Origin: Pelomyxa schiedti | Lineage: Eukaryota; Protista; Evosea | Assembly (NCBI GenBank): GCA_020536535.1 | Contig: JAHLWZ010000225.1 | Location: 21,404 to 85,403, forward strand | Direction of reading: 5' to 3' | Length of the DNA: 64,000 nt | Shown here: piece by piece, positions 35,401-47,869 of the stretch | How the letters are laid out: each line of letters starts with the position of its first letter | Position numbering within the stretch: the stretch's first letter is position 1 | Translations under genes and position numbers: made by a program | Notes under the pieces: model-generated | Databases searched by the model: none | What the model was told of the DNA's origin: nothing | What the model saw: only the letters and a program-made list of their open reading frames with translations

Positions 35401-37169
35401 TCTTTCTTGCTTTTTTCCCTTTCAGAAATTGCGCTTTCTTTTGAGGGAATGGACCCCCACCTTGTCTCTGGAATCCTTAAGAGATTCATACGTTGTCTTC
35501 CAGAACCTGTGCTTACCTACGCGATGCAGCCCGATTTTATAAGATGCGGAGGTAATTATTAGCTGGGCTATACTCAAAATGACCAGTATTTTCTAGAGGA
35601 AACTGATGTAGACCTGCGTGTGAAACAGCTTAGTCAACTTGTGACTGCTCTCCCAACAGAACACAAGAATATATTGCAATACTTGACGAAGTTTTTCTAT
35701 GCTATTTCCTTGAATGAAAGCGAAAACAAAATGAACGCCAAAAACCTAGCAATTGTATTTGCACCCCATTTCCTCAGAAGCAAGGTGACACAGAAAATAT
35801 GATTCTAAATTTTTACATTTCATTCCAGACTGTTGAGGATTTCCGAATTACTAGTGGCGCATCCTTTATTGTTGTACAAACACTCATTGATTATTACCCG
35901 ACTATCTTCCAGGTTATTCTGCATGATTCATACCTTATTACCCTCACTTTACCCAGAACATAGAGAACCAACGGAACGATGCCTCCAAACGCATGAAGGG
36001 TGCGATATTGAGACGGTTTGTGGCATTTATTACTTCCATTACAGTAATGGGGATAAAGTTCTGTAACCAAGGTTGGGGATATGTCAGAGTTTCAAGATGT
36101 TGAAAGTCCCAAAGACGATTCAGGTTAGTAATCCATTTGTGTAGTGGGATTCTTATTCCTTAGGTCTCATTCTCAGTTTGTCTGAGATCGTGAAACAGGG
36201 GTTCCTCTCAAAAAAAGGGAGCCAGAGGCGGAATTGGACGAACAGGTGGTTTGTACTGAAGAAGAACTACTTGTATTATTTCAAAACCAACAAAGTAATA
36301 CACATTCTGAGCTGTACTTTATTTAATGTTCCTAGGACCGAGTTCCCAAAGGTGTTATCAACATTCAGGGATGTGATGTTAGACAAGGAGAGAGTGCCAA
36401 TAAACAATACAGCTTCAACCTCACTGCTTCCGATGGCCGCATTTACATAATCGCAACGCAGACAAATGATGATTGCTTGGCCTGGGTGAAAGCCATCATT
36501 TCGTGTTCACAGTCAACAGCAACACCTTCAGTACCAATACCCGCTTCAACAACACCTATGATATCCTTCACTCCACCCTTATCAACAACACCCTCGACAC
36601 CCCCAACCACAGCCACTGTCTCTGTGTCAAGCTCACCTACTCCACCAATCCCATCCACCACACCTGTAAATAACAATGCATCCAACACACCACCACTGCC
36701 TCACCACAATGCGGATAGTGGCGGTGATACCACCGACGCTACCACAGCGAAACCTAAGCCTGTGATCATATCCTCAGGTAACAGCAGCCTTAGAGTTGCA
36801 CCCGTCAAACCGCCACACCCCATATCCAGCATCAGCTTCACCGCACTCCTACACAAAGAGGATTCGCAAACCTCACACAGCACCGGCTCTGACAGTGATA
36901 GGCAGGCTAGGCCAAAACCACCATCACCAAACACACAACAAGCATCAACTCCCCAAACACCACACAGCACACCGGCATCCGCCACAACTGCAGCGCCGGC
37001 TCTGCCTCCCCGCAACTCGACACCCACACCACCACCACCGCAATCACAACCACAAACAACCACCGCCCAACTAGAGTTATCCTCATCAACTACATCATCA
37101 CCACTCAGCTCGAGAGGGCCAATACCCTCCAAGGCGCTGCCCAAATGGCCACCAACATCTTCTTCTTAG
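32490..37169 (+). CDS. BAR-like + RhoGEF (DH) + PH + RhoGAP + PH + Pro-rich protein
   Basis: DH: FITKEKEYCESLKTINQ...IIFCNVRHIMDFHTAL...LRTLLSAPLTRVRDY. GAP: VPSLVESAV...SVEGLFRVSG...DPHLVSGILKRFIRCLPEPVL...ENKMNAKNLAIVFAP. PH2: KQGFLSKKGSQRRNWTNRWFVL...PKGVINIQGC...CLAWVKAI. The helical N-terminus is called BAR-like by inference. The first exon lies upstream and was not located. Confidence 0.88.
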
Positions 37170-37406
37170 ACACTCAGCTTCACTGTAACCTGTGAAGGTG
37201 TGACCATAAGAGGCAAAAGTTCCTCATCGAAAAATGTTTCTTTGGAAGCCCACAAAACACTGTATTGGCCAATAGGTTCTTTTGTCCCCCGCCAATCGCC
37301 AATGCAACCTTTGAAATTGATTCGAATGCTGATCAATTTCGGGGAACCAGGCAAGACTTACAAAAGTTGAATCAAACAAATGGACGGCTTGACGGATGGA
37401 TGTGTG

Positions 37407-39405
37407 ATGGTTGCGTGTTGTGTCGCTGTTACGGCGGTAAAGGTGCTTCTGATGATGCCTTCTTAGTGCGTAATTTTTTGCAGCTAGTAACAGAGACTGA
37501 CCTTTGTTTTTTTTTTTTTTTTTGTTCGATGTCGTTCAGCCGTAGCACGGATTTTGAAGTTCACCGTAACTGGATGGCGGTTACTTATAATCACCCTGTA
37601 TCAGAATGGTACTATGTGGACCAACCTTCTCCTTGGACTTTGGATTACCCGCCTCTATTTGCTTACTTTGAGTGGGCTTTGTCATTTCTGGCGAGAGTGA
37701 TTGACCCTTTGCTTGTTACTGAGCGGTCCCCAACAGAAGCTGAAGAAGATATCTTGGAGCACAAACTTAGTATTGTTGGATTTATGAGATTTTCTGTGAT
37801 TGCTACGGACAGTGTTCTGTTGCTAGCCTTGTATTGGTGACTCTATTTTATTCCTTCTGTTTCACTGCTCAGTGGTCATAGGTTCTCCAAGACTCTCTAC
37901 CAACATCACAAGCAAAAACCAACAGTTTGGAGCCCTTCTTTGGTTGTATTTGCTTTGGTCGCTCTCAACCCTGGATTACTGATCGTGGATCGTATTTCTC
38001 TCACAGCTGGATGAACTGAAACTTTACAAAATTCTAGATGTACACTTTCAGTACAATGGACTACTTTTTGGAATTCTTATTGCAGCTTTTGCTGCTGCAG
38101 CAAGTGGTAGAGATCTCCTGTGCGCACTTTTGTTTTCGATCCTGTTGAATTTCAAGCATATATTTATTTACATGGCCCCTGCTTTCTTCATCTACTTGCT
38201 TCGGCACTATTGCTTTACTCAAAATATTACAGGTGAAACCCATTCAATTATCTTGAGATCTCAATTCTTTATCTATATATAATTCTCATTGTTGTCATAG
38301 TATTCATCCCTTGATGAAAGGTTTGAGATCATTGAAGTTTTTGAACCTCATCTCGCTTGGCGGAGTTGTGTCTTCAACCTTTATTGCATCCTTTTCAATG
38401 TTTTTGTGGGACTTACCACAAGTTTTGAGGCGACTTTTCCCTTGGGGAAGGGGACTTTGCCACGCTTACTGGTAAACATTCTTCTGATTTGCAATTACTA
38501 TTTTCTGATGATTGCCCATAGGGCTCCTAACTTTTGGGCTCTTTACAATATCGCTGACAAAATTCTTAAAATCAGTGGGTGTTGGCTTTATGACATCCAG
38601 ATCTAATTGTCATCGTAGTTTACAGTAAAATGGGCCTAGCAGTCGTGAACACTACAGCACTCATGACAAGTGGAACAGTAGGCACTGAACAACAATTGCA
38701 CTCAGTTCTTCTTTCCCCAACTCCAATGATAACACTTACTCTGACGTGCATAGCTCTTGCTGTATGGCCTCTCACTTTGTCCTCCTCACTGATCTCTTAA
38801 GATACCGATGGTCAAGTTGTGGAGGAACCCAACTCCCACCCAACTTGTCATGGCAAGTGCACAGTGCTCTTTGTGCTTCTTTGTTTTTGGCTGGCACGTT
38901 CATGAAAAGGCCATTCTGATGGCAGTCATCCCTCTATGGTGTGCCTTGCTATCTTGTAATCAACTAACTTCATTTGGTTAGTTTGATTTCGCTCACAAAT
39001 GCGAAGTACTTCCGACTGCATTTTGTTTTATCAGTAGTCGGGCACTACTCTTTATTTCCCTTGCTATTCACGCCAATGGGTAAATAACCGACGCCTATTG
39101 AAAACTTTACCTTTTCCCAGAGGGCCCTCTCAAATGGGCTTTACTGATTTTCCATTCTCTATTGGCATACAACCTCATGCCATCCTTCAGGTTGGTGGGG
39201 TTTCTGTTTTGCTTCTAACTAACGCCTCCAAAGATTGAAGGTCATGGACCTGTTTGCTGTTTTTGGCATTTTCGCTGTCCAGTTTATGATTTTGGCACTT
39301 TCATTCTTTGGGTCTAACTCACTCCCTTTCCTCCCTCTTATGCTGGTATCTGGCTACTGTGCAATTGTTGTTGTGAGTTGCTTTGCCGCCTCACTTTGCC
39401 TGTGA
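37407..39405 (+). CDS. ALG8: Dolichyl-P-Glc:Glc1Man9GlcNAc2-PP-dolichol alpha-1,3-glucosyltransferase
   Basis: VKVLLMMPSY|RSTDFEVHRNWMAVT...WTLDYPPLFAYFEW, HFQYNG, LLNFKHIFIYMAPAF, FPWGRGLCHAYW|APNFWALYN, FGWHVHEKAIL, PFLPLMLVSGYC. Confidence 0.95.
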
Positions 39406-39579
39406 TCCTTCTGGTTTTGGGACAATAGCACCTCAACACATTTTCACAGTGTGATGTAACAGAATTATCCCCAAAAACCGAGGCCAGTTTCTTTTTGTGT
39501 GAGTCACACTAGGTTAGTTTATCAATGAGATTTGCAGATCATTTTCCTTTTCTCATAAGAAAAAACAACAACGATTTAA

Positions 39580-40448
39580 ATGAGCCAAACAGAGGCCATT
39601 GCCAATGTGATAGTGTCACCCAACACACTGTGGATGATATCAGTGATGGTATCACTGCTTCCCCTGTTTGCACGGGCCTATTTGTGGATGAAGCCTGACA
39701 GGAGGACATCATCACTTCTGCCTCAGCACCTCAGTCCTGGCTCATCCCCATTGTCACTGTCCTCAGAATCATCAGAATACGGTAGGGATGAGAGGGGACT
39801 GAAGACTGGGAACAATAACAATAATGATGGGAGCGGTGGGTGCGGGGCGGAGTCGTGCGTGAGAGGCGTGATGAGGATTCTGGCCGGCAGGATTCCGTTG
39901 GTCCCAGAGTGGGCGAAAAAGTCAGTGTTTGAGTTGGTGTTGGTGTCACAGGGGGGTGTAACCAATAGAAGGCAGGGTGGGGGCCTGAGGGGTTGTGTGC
40001 AGAGGATAATCACACCAATGAGGTGCCTGGGAGTTATCTTCCTGCTCATTGGAGTGCTTTGCGCTTTCTCGGCAGAGGGTCTATTTTCGGATCATGGGTT
40101 CACTCCGGAGCACGGTTCGTGTTTCGACCGATTCTTTTTCATTGTGTTGCTTTGGGTTTTTGTCGATCTAACGTATTGTATTGCTGTTGTTTAGGGGATA
40201 CTGTGAAGTCGTTGATTGTGGAGGGAATATATCAGTACACCAGGAATCCAATATATGTTGGGGCCATCTGTGCAGACTTGGGCCTTGGCTTCGTAATCGA
40301 TACGCCCTTTGTGATTCTTTACTCAGTTGGCTACTGGGCTTACCTAGAGTTCTATGTGATTCCCATAGAGGAGAAAGTTCTCACACTTGTCTTTGGAGAT
40401 CAGTACAAGCAATATGTTGCCACCACCAGCAGATGGTTGTTTTTCTAA
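39580..40448 (+). CDS. Isoprenylcysteine/phospholipid methyltransferase family (Ste14/PEMT-like) membrane protein
   Basis: C-terminal LIVEGIYQYTRNPIYVG...IPIEEKVLTLVFGDQYKQYVATTSRW signature; one intron near 40150-40194. Confidence 0.82.
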
Positions 40449-40595
40449 AAACGTTAATTTAATTTTGGTTCGGTTGACATTGTCACCACTCCCCTGCCCT
40501 TTTTCGAAAGCCCCCCCCCCAAGAAAAGCGCATTTTTTTAAAAACAAAGGCTTCTTCTTTAGACCCTTTTCTGCGTTTTTGTCTGGTGAAGGCGG

Positions 40596-40903
40596 ATGGC
40601 AACAACGTGCGACGGTGCGAGTGCTACGACAACGACACCGGGAGGTGAACCGCGTGCCAAGCTGATGCTCATCAAAGGCGGCACGGTGGTGACCGACGAC
40701 CAGGTGGTTCTTGCTGATGTGCTGGTGTCCAATGGCCGTGTGGCGGCCGTTATTCCCGTTGCTTTGCAGACGCCACACGAAGTGCCACACGGCGTGCAGG
40801 TGGTGGACGCGACGTCGATGCTGGTGTTTTGCGGCGGCGTGGATCCACATGTGCACTTGGAGTATCCTCAGGGTCCAAATAAGGTCTGCGCCGTGCTTGC
40901 ACT

Positions 40904-40941
<38 letters not shown>

Positions 40942-42579
40942 ACATTTTGTATTGTGGAGGGCGAATACTGTGTTTATGAAATGACTTTATTGGGATTATG
41001 TGCGTCTAACACTTGGTGGTGGGAAGATTTACAGCTGTGATGACTTCCACACTGGGAGTGTGGCTGCTGCTCTTGGAGGGACCACTTTCTTCATAGACTT
41101 TGTGGAAGCCAAGCAGGGTGAGACTTTAGCACAGGCACTTCAGGCTCGCTCCGCGGCGGCAGCCCAGAAGAGTGTCCTAGATTTCTCTTTTCATATGACA
41201 TTCAATCGTGTGGATCAACAAACACTGAGTGAAGTTCCAGACATAATCAAAGCTGGTGTGCCACTTTGGTAGACGTCTATGAGTGCCTCATCCCTTCCAG
41301 GTGTGTCTTCATGGAAAATTTATACTGCATACGATGGAATTCGATTGCGTGACAACGAGTTTCTAATTGCTTTGGACACACTACGCGCTTGTGGCGGGCT
41401 TCCTATTGTTCATGCAGAGAACCATGACCTTATAATGCACAGACTTGCCCAATACAAGTCAATGACTCCGCCTGTGTCTCCTGTCTACCATCCACTTACA
41501 AGGCCTGTTGAAGTGCGTCCCAACAAATAACTCTGATTATTTACGGTGATTTGTAGGGAGAAGTTGAGGCTACCACAAGGGCACTTCTTCTTGCTGAATC
41601 TGCTAAAGTTGGGGCTGGGATACACATCGTCCATGTGAGTGCGGCTCGAGCCATACCAGTTATTCGGTACAAGAATTTGGCCATTTCTCTTCACTAAAGG
41701 GATAAAGACGCCAGCAGTGGCTTGTAGGGTCTCCTTTGGGACCTGTGACGGGAGAAGTCTGTGCACACCACCTTGTTCTTGATGACTCGAAGTATAAACT
41801 TCCGCCTAAGGAGGCAGCGAATTTCGTTTGTGCTCCTCCCATCCGGGCCGAAACTGATGTCAAGTGAGTTTCAACTTCTTGTGTTCCATTTTTACACTCC
41901 TTTATGTAGAGGTATGTGGGACGCACTTGCTGAAGGGACCCTCGGATTTGTTGTTACTGATCATTGTCCATTCACTTCACAACAGAGACTGGGTCAACGC
42001 AGGACACCTGAATTTCGTTGGAACTATGCAACAGGTCTCACAGCATAAATGCATTCACTTCATAGTTATGCAACCAACAGGTGAAAAAGTGCCGTCACCT
42101 GCTGAGGAACCCTGGTCCGAAAGCATGCCCTCATTCTTCCAGATGCCCGGTGGTGTAGCAGGGATAGAGACAAGAGTAGCTCTGACTTATCACTATGCAG
42201 TCAATGTCAACAAGTTTCCATTGCCCCATTTCGTGCGTTTGATAAGGTAATGTCTCTGTACCACACTATGACTAACCATGGGCCATGCAGTACAATGGCA
42301 GCCAAGCGCTTTGGAGTGTACCCCAAAAAAGGTAGCCTCCAAGAAGGCGCCGACGCCGATATTGTAATATTCGACCCCAACAAGACTGTAACGATAACAC
42401 ACGGAGGCCTCCACCAGAACTGTGACCATACTCCATTCGAAGGCATACAAGTGCAAGGCTGGGTTGACAGTGTCATCGTTGGCGGGGAGCTAGCAGTCTC
42501 CCACGGCCACGTCACGGAGTCCTTCGTCAATCATCGCGGATCCTTTATCCCAAGGCCCATTGCTTCTTCCTCTTCATAG
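40596..42579 (+). CDS. DPYS: Dihydropyrimidinase / D-hydantoinase
   Basis: LIKGGTVV, GGVDPHVH, DDFHTGSVAAALGGTT..IDF, SSWKIYTAY, VHAEN, HIVHVS, VTDHCPF, PGGVAGIETR, PKKGSLQEGADADIVIFDP, HQNCDHTPFEG. Confidence 0.95.
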
Positions 42580-42744
42580 TCAGCCACAACAAAAAAAAGC
42601 GAAGTGCACTCTTCTCGCCGCCTGTGGGTTTCATTTCGGTTTTTTCTTTTTTTATTCATCAAAGCTGGAGACCGAAGTGATACCGTTTCGAAACCCCGGC
42701 ATCAACTCGTCCTTGTTTGTGTGTGAGTAGCAATTACAAGTAAA

Positions 42745-43898
42745 ATGGAGGAGCACAAGTATATACTTTTTGGCGAGACCGTTTGTTCCATGGTAACTTA
42801 GTAACCACACAACGTAACAGCAAATTTGAGTGTGTCAGTTCCTGATACTTTATTGAGGGAAGCATTTGGGCAGTTTGGTCTACTCCATAGTGTGAAGATC
42901 TTCCCACCCAAGGATCCTGCAAGTAAGACTGTCTAACTTCGTTGGTGCCTTAAATGAAGACTAAAACGTAAATTTTTAGATGCTCAGACACAATATGCAA
43001 GTATAAAGTTTTACTCTGTGAAGGCAGCAAGACGCAGTTTGATGCTGAATGGTATTCCCTTTAGAGGCAAAGGCATTAATGTAGGCAACTAAAGGTGGCC
43101 TTTGCGGTATTGATTTACATGGTACAGGTACAATTGGCATCTGACCGAGGTAAAGATAAAGGATACCGCGATGCAACTTTGTCCATGGGTAAAGGAATAG
43201 AACTTTGCAACCACTACGTGGGCTTTGCAAATTGGAGCTCAACCATATGTGAAATTGCTGAAAAGTCAGAGATTCTGGATTCTGGAAAAATATCGTACCC
43301 TAATAAAATCTGCATTGAGTACACTAATTCGCATCTACAGAAGTTTTTCGCACTGCTCAATAAGGGTTGAATTTCTCCCTCTGGTTGTACCAGAGAACTG
43401 TCCTCTGCACGTGATTGGCAAAGGTATTGGAAGATATGTAGCTAAGAACAGGTATTGACCGGTAATATTCCATCAATTCTGCTGACCGGAATTCAACAAC
43501 CAGGCCACTTGCTGTGTCAATGTCCCGGAAGTTTGCAGTCTCATCAGCTAGGAAGAATGCACTGTCAAAAGTGATGATTTTAATTCTATCTACTGGAAAG
43601 GTACCTCTCAGTTTTGTTCCCTTATACCAAACAGAAATACACACACTATAGACCTGTATCCCCCAATAGCTAAATACTACTACAACCCCCATCCCAATCA
43701 AACCAAACCCCCAACAAAATTCCCATAATCAACATTCACTAGGTTGCCATTGTTTGTTCACCCGGGCACGAAGCAGTGAGAATTGATGCCTCAGAGCCAC
43801 TCGTTGTCAATGACGACTCATATGACGAGAGAGAGGGCGACGACGACGAGGAAGGCAGCTACTCCCTAGGAACTCACGACGACAACACCTCCCACTAA
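42745..43898 (+). CDS. RDM1: RDM1-like protein (RRM + RAD52 motif)
   Basis: Not in the ORF track as one unit. Spliced: MEEHKYILFGETVCSM|VPDTLLREAFGQFGLLHSVKIFPPKDPA|NAQTQYASIKFYSVKAARRS...|VQLASDR...LSMGKGIELCNHYVGFANWSSTI...|...RKFAVSSARKNALSKVMILILSTGK|VAIVC...DDDEEG...*. Colinear with vertebrate RDM1 as I recall it (AFSQFGLLYSV, IKFYS, ELANYYFGFNG, LIVVLESGKIAV). Confidence 0.8.
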
Positions 43899-44237
43899 AC
43901 AAATCAAAGAAAAGCAGAGGACCCTCTGAAACAGTCTCACCTGAACCTGGGGAGATTGGCCTCAGGCCCAGAGACTGCGCCTGTGGGTTTGGAACTCATG
44001 GGTGTGGTTCTACCAAATCAATTGAATTGGCTGGCACACCTCAACGCAATTCACCGTCAAAGCGCCATGAGAAAGAACGGGGAACTAATCCAAAAAAAAA
44101 AAAATTACATGGCGTTTCCGAAACATCAACAATTACCGCCAGATATGAAGGAGAAGAAAAACCCAAATCTTGGAAAAACCAACACCTTGTGCACAACACA
44201 AAAAAAAAAAAAATAAACCGCAGCAAAGTGGTTGTCT

Positions 44238-44877
44238 ATGTCGGGCCGTGTGCTTGCGTGGGTTGCTGTTTGTTTGTCAATCTTCTTTACCGCCGAGATC
44301 TCGGCGCAGTCGTATTGTGGCCCGGATGTTACGACTTGGTTTGGGCGACAGCTCGACCTGTTCTCGTCCGGCGTCGACGGGGGCGTCACGGCGGGAGTTG
44401 CAGTTTTTGACGCTCTGCTGTCGAATCAGAGCGACTCGGGGTCGTTCTTGGCTCAGCTGGTGGCTTCTTCCGTGGGCTCCGGTGCAATGGCGAGTTGCCC
44501 AGACTCTGGGTCTTTGTGCAGTGGAACCATGACTATTTGCGGCGGCTGCTTCGACGCCCTCACGGCGTCGCTGGTGGCGTTCGGCTACGTGGCATCTCGC
44601 TCCTCTGGAACCAGCCTGTGGGGCGCTGTGCACGAAAGGGCCATCTGGGCTCAATCCCACGCATCGGCTGTGCTGGTTGGCATGTATCTGAGAGGCAAAG
44701 GGCCGACGGGCCTGGAGGCAAACCGGGACGCCATGTGCTCGGTGATGAACGGCCAGAGGGGAAATATCCTGAGGTCTATGCTGTTCAGTGGCATGCAGGG
44801 AGATGCTTATGCCCAAGATGTCATTTGGTCTAGTATGAGCGGTGGCACGACTGACATTGAGGCCTGGCAGTCGGAAA

Positions 44878-44909
<32 letters not shown>

Positions 44910-46783
44910 CTGATGAAGGTCTGATTGTTCTCACTCTGGGTAGGAATGAGTTTTGAGGATATGGTGGAGCACCTCCTTGAGGACATGAGCCCAGAGACAC
45001 TTGGAACATGGTTGTCCTTAGTTACCTTGAGCAGTTCTACCTGTTTGCCATGCACTGAGTCTGCTGTATGGGAAGATTTGCAATTTGCTGCACAACCAGT
45101 CGCTAAAGTACCCACATTATCCCAGGAAGATACCCCTTTTTTATTTTGTTTCTTTTGGTAATAAGTTGCCCAGTTCTTCACTTTGGAACAGACGAGGACA
45201 TTACGTGCCTCAGTATTCTAAATTTTGTTCAAGGTTAATAAATTGATTTCTTCACAGGTTGTGCGATCGTTAAATGTGGGTTGTGACACGTTTGAGAGGG
45301 AATCTGCAGACTGGGCCACATGCTCCCGATGGGGATTTGTTGTTGATAGTACAATCCCAACCTCAGAATACAGAAGCATTGAAAAGCCTCAGCCTCAATC
45401 CCAGATTCAACCCCGGCTCACTGCATGGTAATTTTTTTATCCTCTGAACTCGTTGCCAATGAGCTCCAGCCAGAATTCTTTGTTAGCCTTTCAGTCCCAA
45501 GTGATTTACATGAATGGTGTGGATGATGTATGGTAAAGTTTATTCTCTGGCTTTTCCCTTTTGAACGACTTGTTTCCAGTGCTGATGACCTTCTTTCTGC
45601 ATTCACCCAACTCCTTGACACTGTAATTTGGGATTGCTTTCAACCAGATTACGTTCCCTTCATCTTACCGTTCTTGAGTTTTGGACAAGTAATGTGTCAC
45701 TCACAACCCCTATACACAGGCGGGACAGGTTTGCCCCTGGACCAATTTAGCAGCCTAATTTCCATCAGGGGAGGACTGTTTCCGAGTAATGGTTGACAAA
45801 ATTGCACACATGAATATTTTGACATTTGACGCGTTTCCCGTGTGCATACCTTGTACTGCTGAGATCCTGACAAGGGAGAAAATGGATCTTGCTTTTGACT
45901 TGTTTTGTGCGACAGAGTCCAAATACCCTGCTTTTGGAACTACATGGGAATACAAGTACTTCCTTGCTTGCGTAAAACAAAAAAAACCATTAAAACGAGT
46001 ACTGCAGTTGTGTAGAAATAATCAATGTCACTGTGAACGATCCAGATACAGTCCCCATCCCCTCTGAGTGCCTTATTCCCATCACCCCCTCTGGTGTACC
46101 CACTGAAGAAGCACCGTCCCAATGCGAAGCTATCATCACAGCCTTCTCTGATAAACTTAGCTGTTGCTGCAGAATATACAATGACATGTATACAATGATG
46201 GGAGTTCAAGCTGGTAATACCGGATTGCCCTGCCATGCGTGCTACAATGGAGTCCAGCGATATACTGTTGGCATTGCTGGTATGGATTACAACAAAGCAA
46301 GAGAAACCATAGGGGATGCAGCGTTATTATCAATGGTGACTGATGAGATTGCACATCGAATCCCAGCAGTAGTACGAGAAGAATTCGTACGCAATGTTTA
46401 CTTGGCACCCCCTCCTGCTGGAAGTAAGCGTGATAGTTACAGCGAGTCCGCTATAGTCGAATTGGAGGTACACCACCCTCTCACCTATCTATTTCTCACC
46501 GAACTTCAGTATCAACCTATGTCTGAGACTCTCATCTACTTCGATGTTTTCCAGGAAAATGAGACTCTCTTGTAAGTTAAATGCAACTATTCCCCGTCAC
46601 TTACGCTGCGTCAGTGAGTTTGATGTCTTCTTGACTGACGAAGAGATGACAGATGATACAGTTTATGTTGTTAATGTGCAGGTGGAAAATGTTACCAGCA
46701 CATCACAGGAGAGTATCAGTCTAGCATCCTCACTCACACTTCTACCAGTTTTCATTATTGTTGTGGCTTCTCTTTTCTTGTGA
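44238..46783 (+). CDS. Secreted, probably GPI-anchored Cys-rich surface protein of unknown function
   Basis: Signal peptide MSGRVLAWVAVCLSIFFTAEISA, several Cys-rich exons, terminal hydrophobic tail LTLLPVFIIVVASLFL*. Internal exon joins approximate. Confidence 0.75.
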
Positions 46784-47128
46784 TGTGTGTAGTATATATC
46801 CCATTTTTGTTGAACAAACAACAATTTATTTATTCAATTACTGCCACTTGTTCCTACCTTACCAGAAAAACTAAAATGACACACCACTTGTTGTTGTGAC
46901 TCTCTTTATAAGGTTCCCTTACTCTCTGATGGCAACAGTGTCTCCAGATCTGAATCTTGGAAGTCATGAGGTGATTGCCACATCTATCGTTTCTGAAGAA
47001 ATAAAAGATCAAGTTGGGCCATGAGAGGTGCTAGTCCAGCCAAACCTGGGTGCCCAATGAAAGTGGTTCTGGCCCCAGGCAATGGAGCCGGTAATGTGAA
47101 GAAGTGCTTGTGGTATGGTGACCTGGAG
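46611..47128 (+). repeat. First copy of a ~0.5 kb duplicated segment (second copy at 63495-64000)
   Basis: Near-identical from tcagtgagtttgatgtc to ggtgacctggag, with several substitutions and indels. Confidence 0.95.
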
Positions 47129-47752
47129 AGGAGAATGCAACAGATGAACATCCCTGTCACTGTATGGTATAGTTACTCTCTGACCCATTAAAAAAAACAA
47201 AATGCACACCAACGAAAACACATATACGACACGGCCAGCAACTACCCAGACCCAATTGTGGCCCATAAGTCTGTCTGGCTGCCATTCATGCGCGATGAGC
47301 TGCACTGCGACGAGCACACGATCGTAGTGGGGCACAGCTCAGGAGCCGTCGCGGGCCTGAGGCTGGCCGAGAGCGGCGTGAGGCTAGGGGGCCTGGTGCT
47401 GGTTTCGGCATATCACACGGACCTGGGTGACGAGGGCGAGAGGGCCTCTGGCTACTTTGACGACGAGTGGAGGTGGCCTGATATCGTGGCAAACTGCGGC
47501 TTCATTGCTCAGTATCACGGCTCGGACGACCCTCTTGTGGACATCCAGGAGGTAAGATTCTTGTGCGGCATACAACCAACCACCCACATTGTGACTGTGT
47601 TTCTGCAGGGCAGACATGTCCACGAAATGACCAACTCTGAGTACTACGAGCTGGACGACGTGGGTCATTTCCAGGTGTACTTCTTCCCCGAGCTCTACGC
47701 GCTCCTCAAGGAAAGGATCTGGGGATCCAGTTCTAGAAAGCACCATGAGTAA
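47021..47752 (+). CDS. RBBP9: RBBP9/YdeN family serine hydrolase
   Basis: KVVLAPGNGAG...WYG, VC|NYPDPIVAHKSVWLPFM, TIVVGHSSGA (GxSxG), LVSAYHTDLGDEGERASGYF, HGSDDPLV, GHF; two introns. Confidence 0.92.
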
Positions 47753-47869
47753 AAACACAATGTCCTTCCTATTTTTGGCAGAGGAGACTTCCCCGAAACC
47801 GATTGATGAACCCCATCAGAGCCACGTTCTTCCAAAAAAAAGAAAAATCAAACAAAACCGCCCTCAAAA

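Noticed and set aside
40906-40934. Long poly-T and poly-A runs (also ~44880-44910, ~50480-50500)
   Set aside because: They lie in introns as pyrimidine or A tracts; not retroposon tails or terminators.
43357-43701. 114-aa minus-strand ORF
   Set aside because: Antisense to the spliced RDM1-like gene, which explains the region on the + strand.
46929-47024. 31-codon upstream ORF whose stop overlaps the RBBP9 ATG (ccATGA)
   Set aside because: In the duplicate copy it is truncated by a cat-gag to cat-tag change and an indel, so it is not conserved; no evidence of function.
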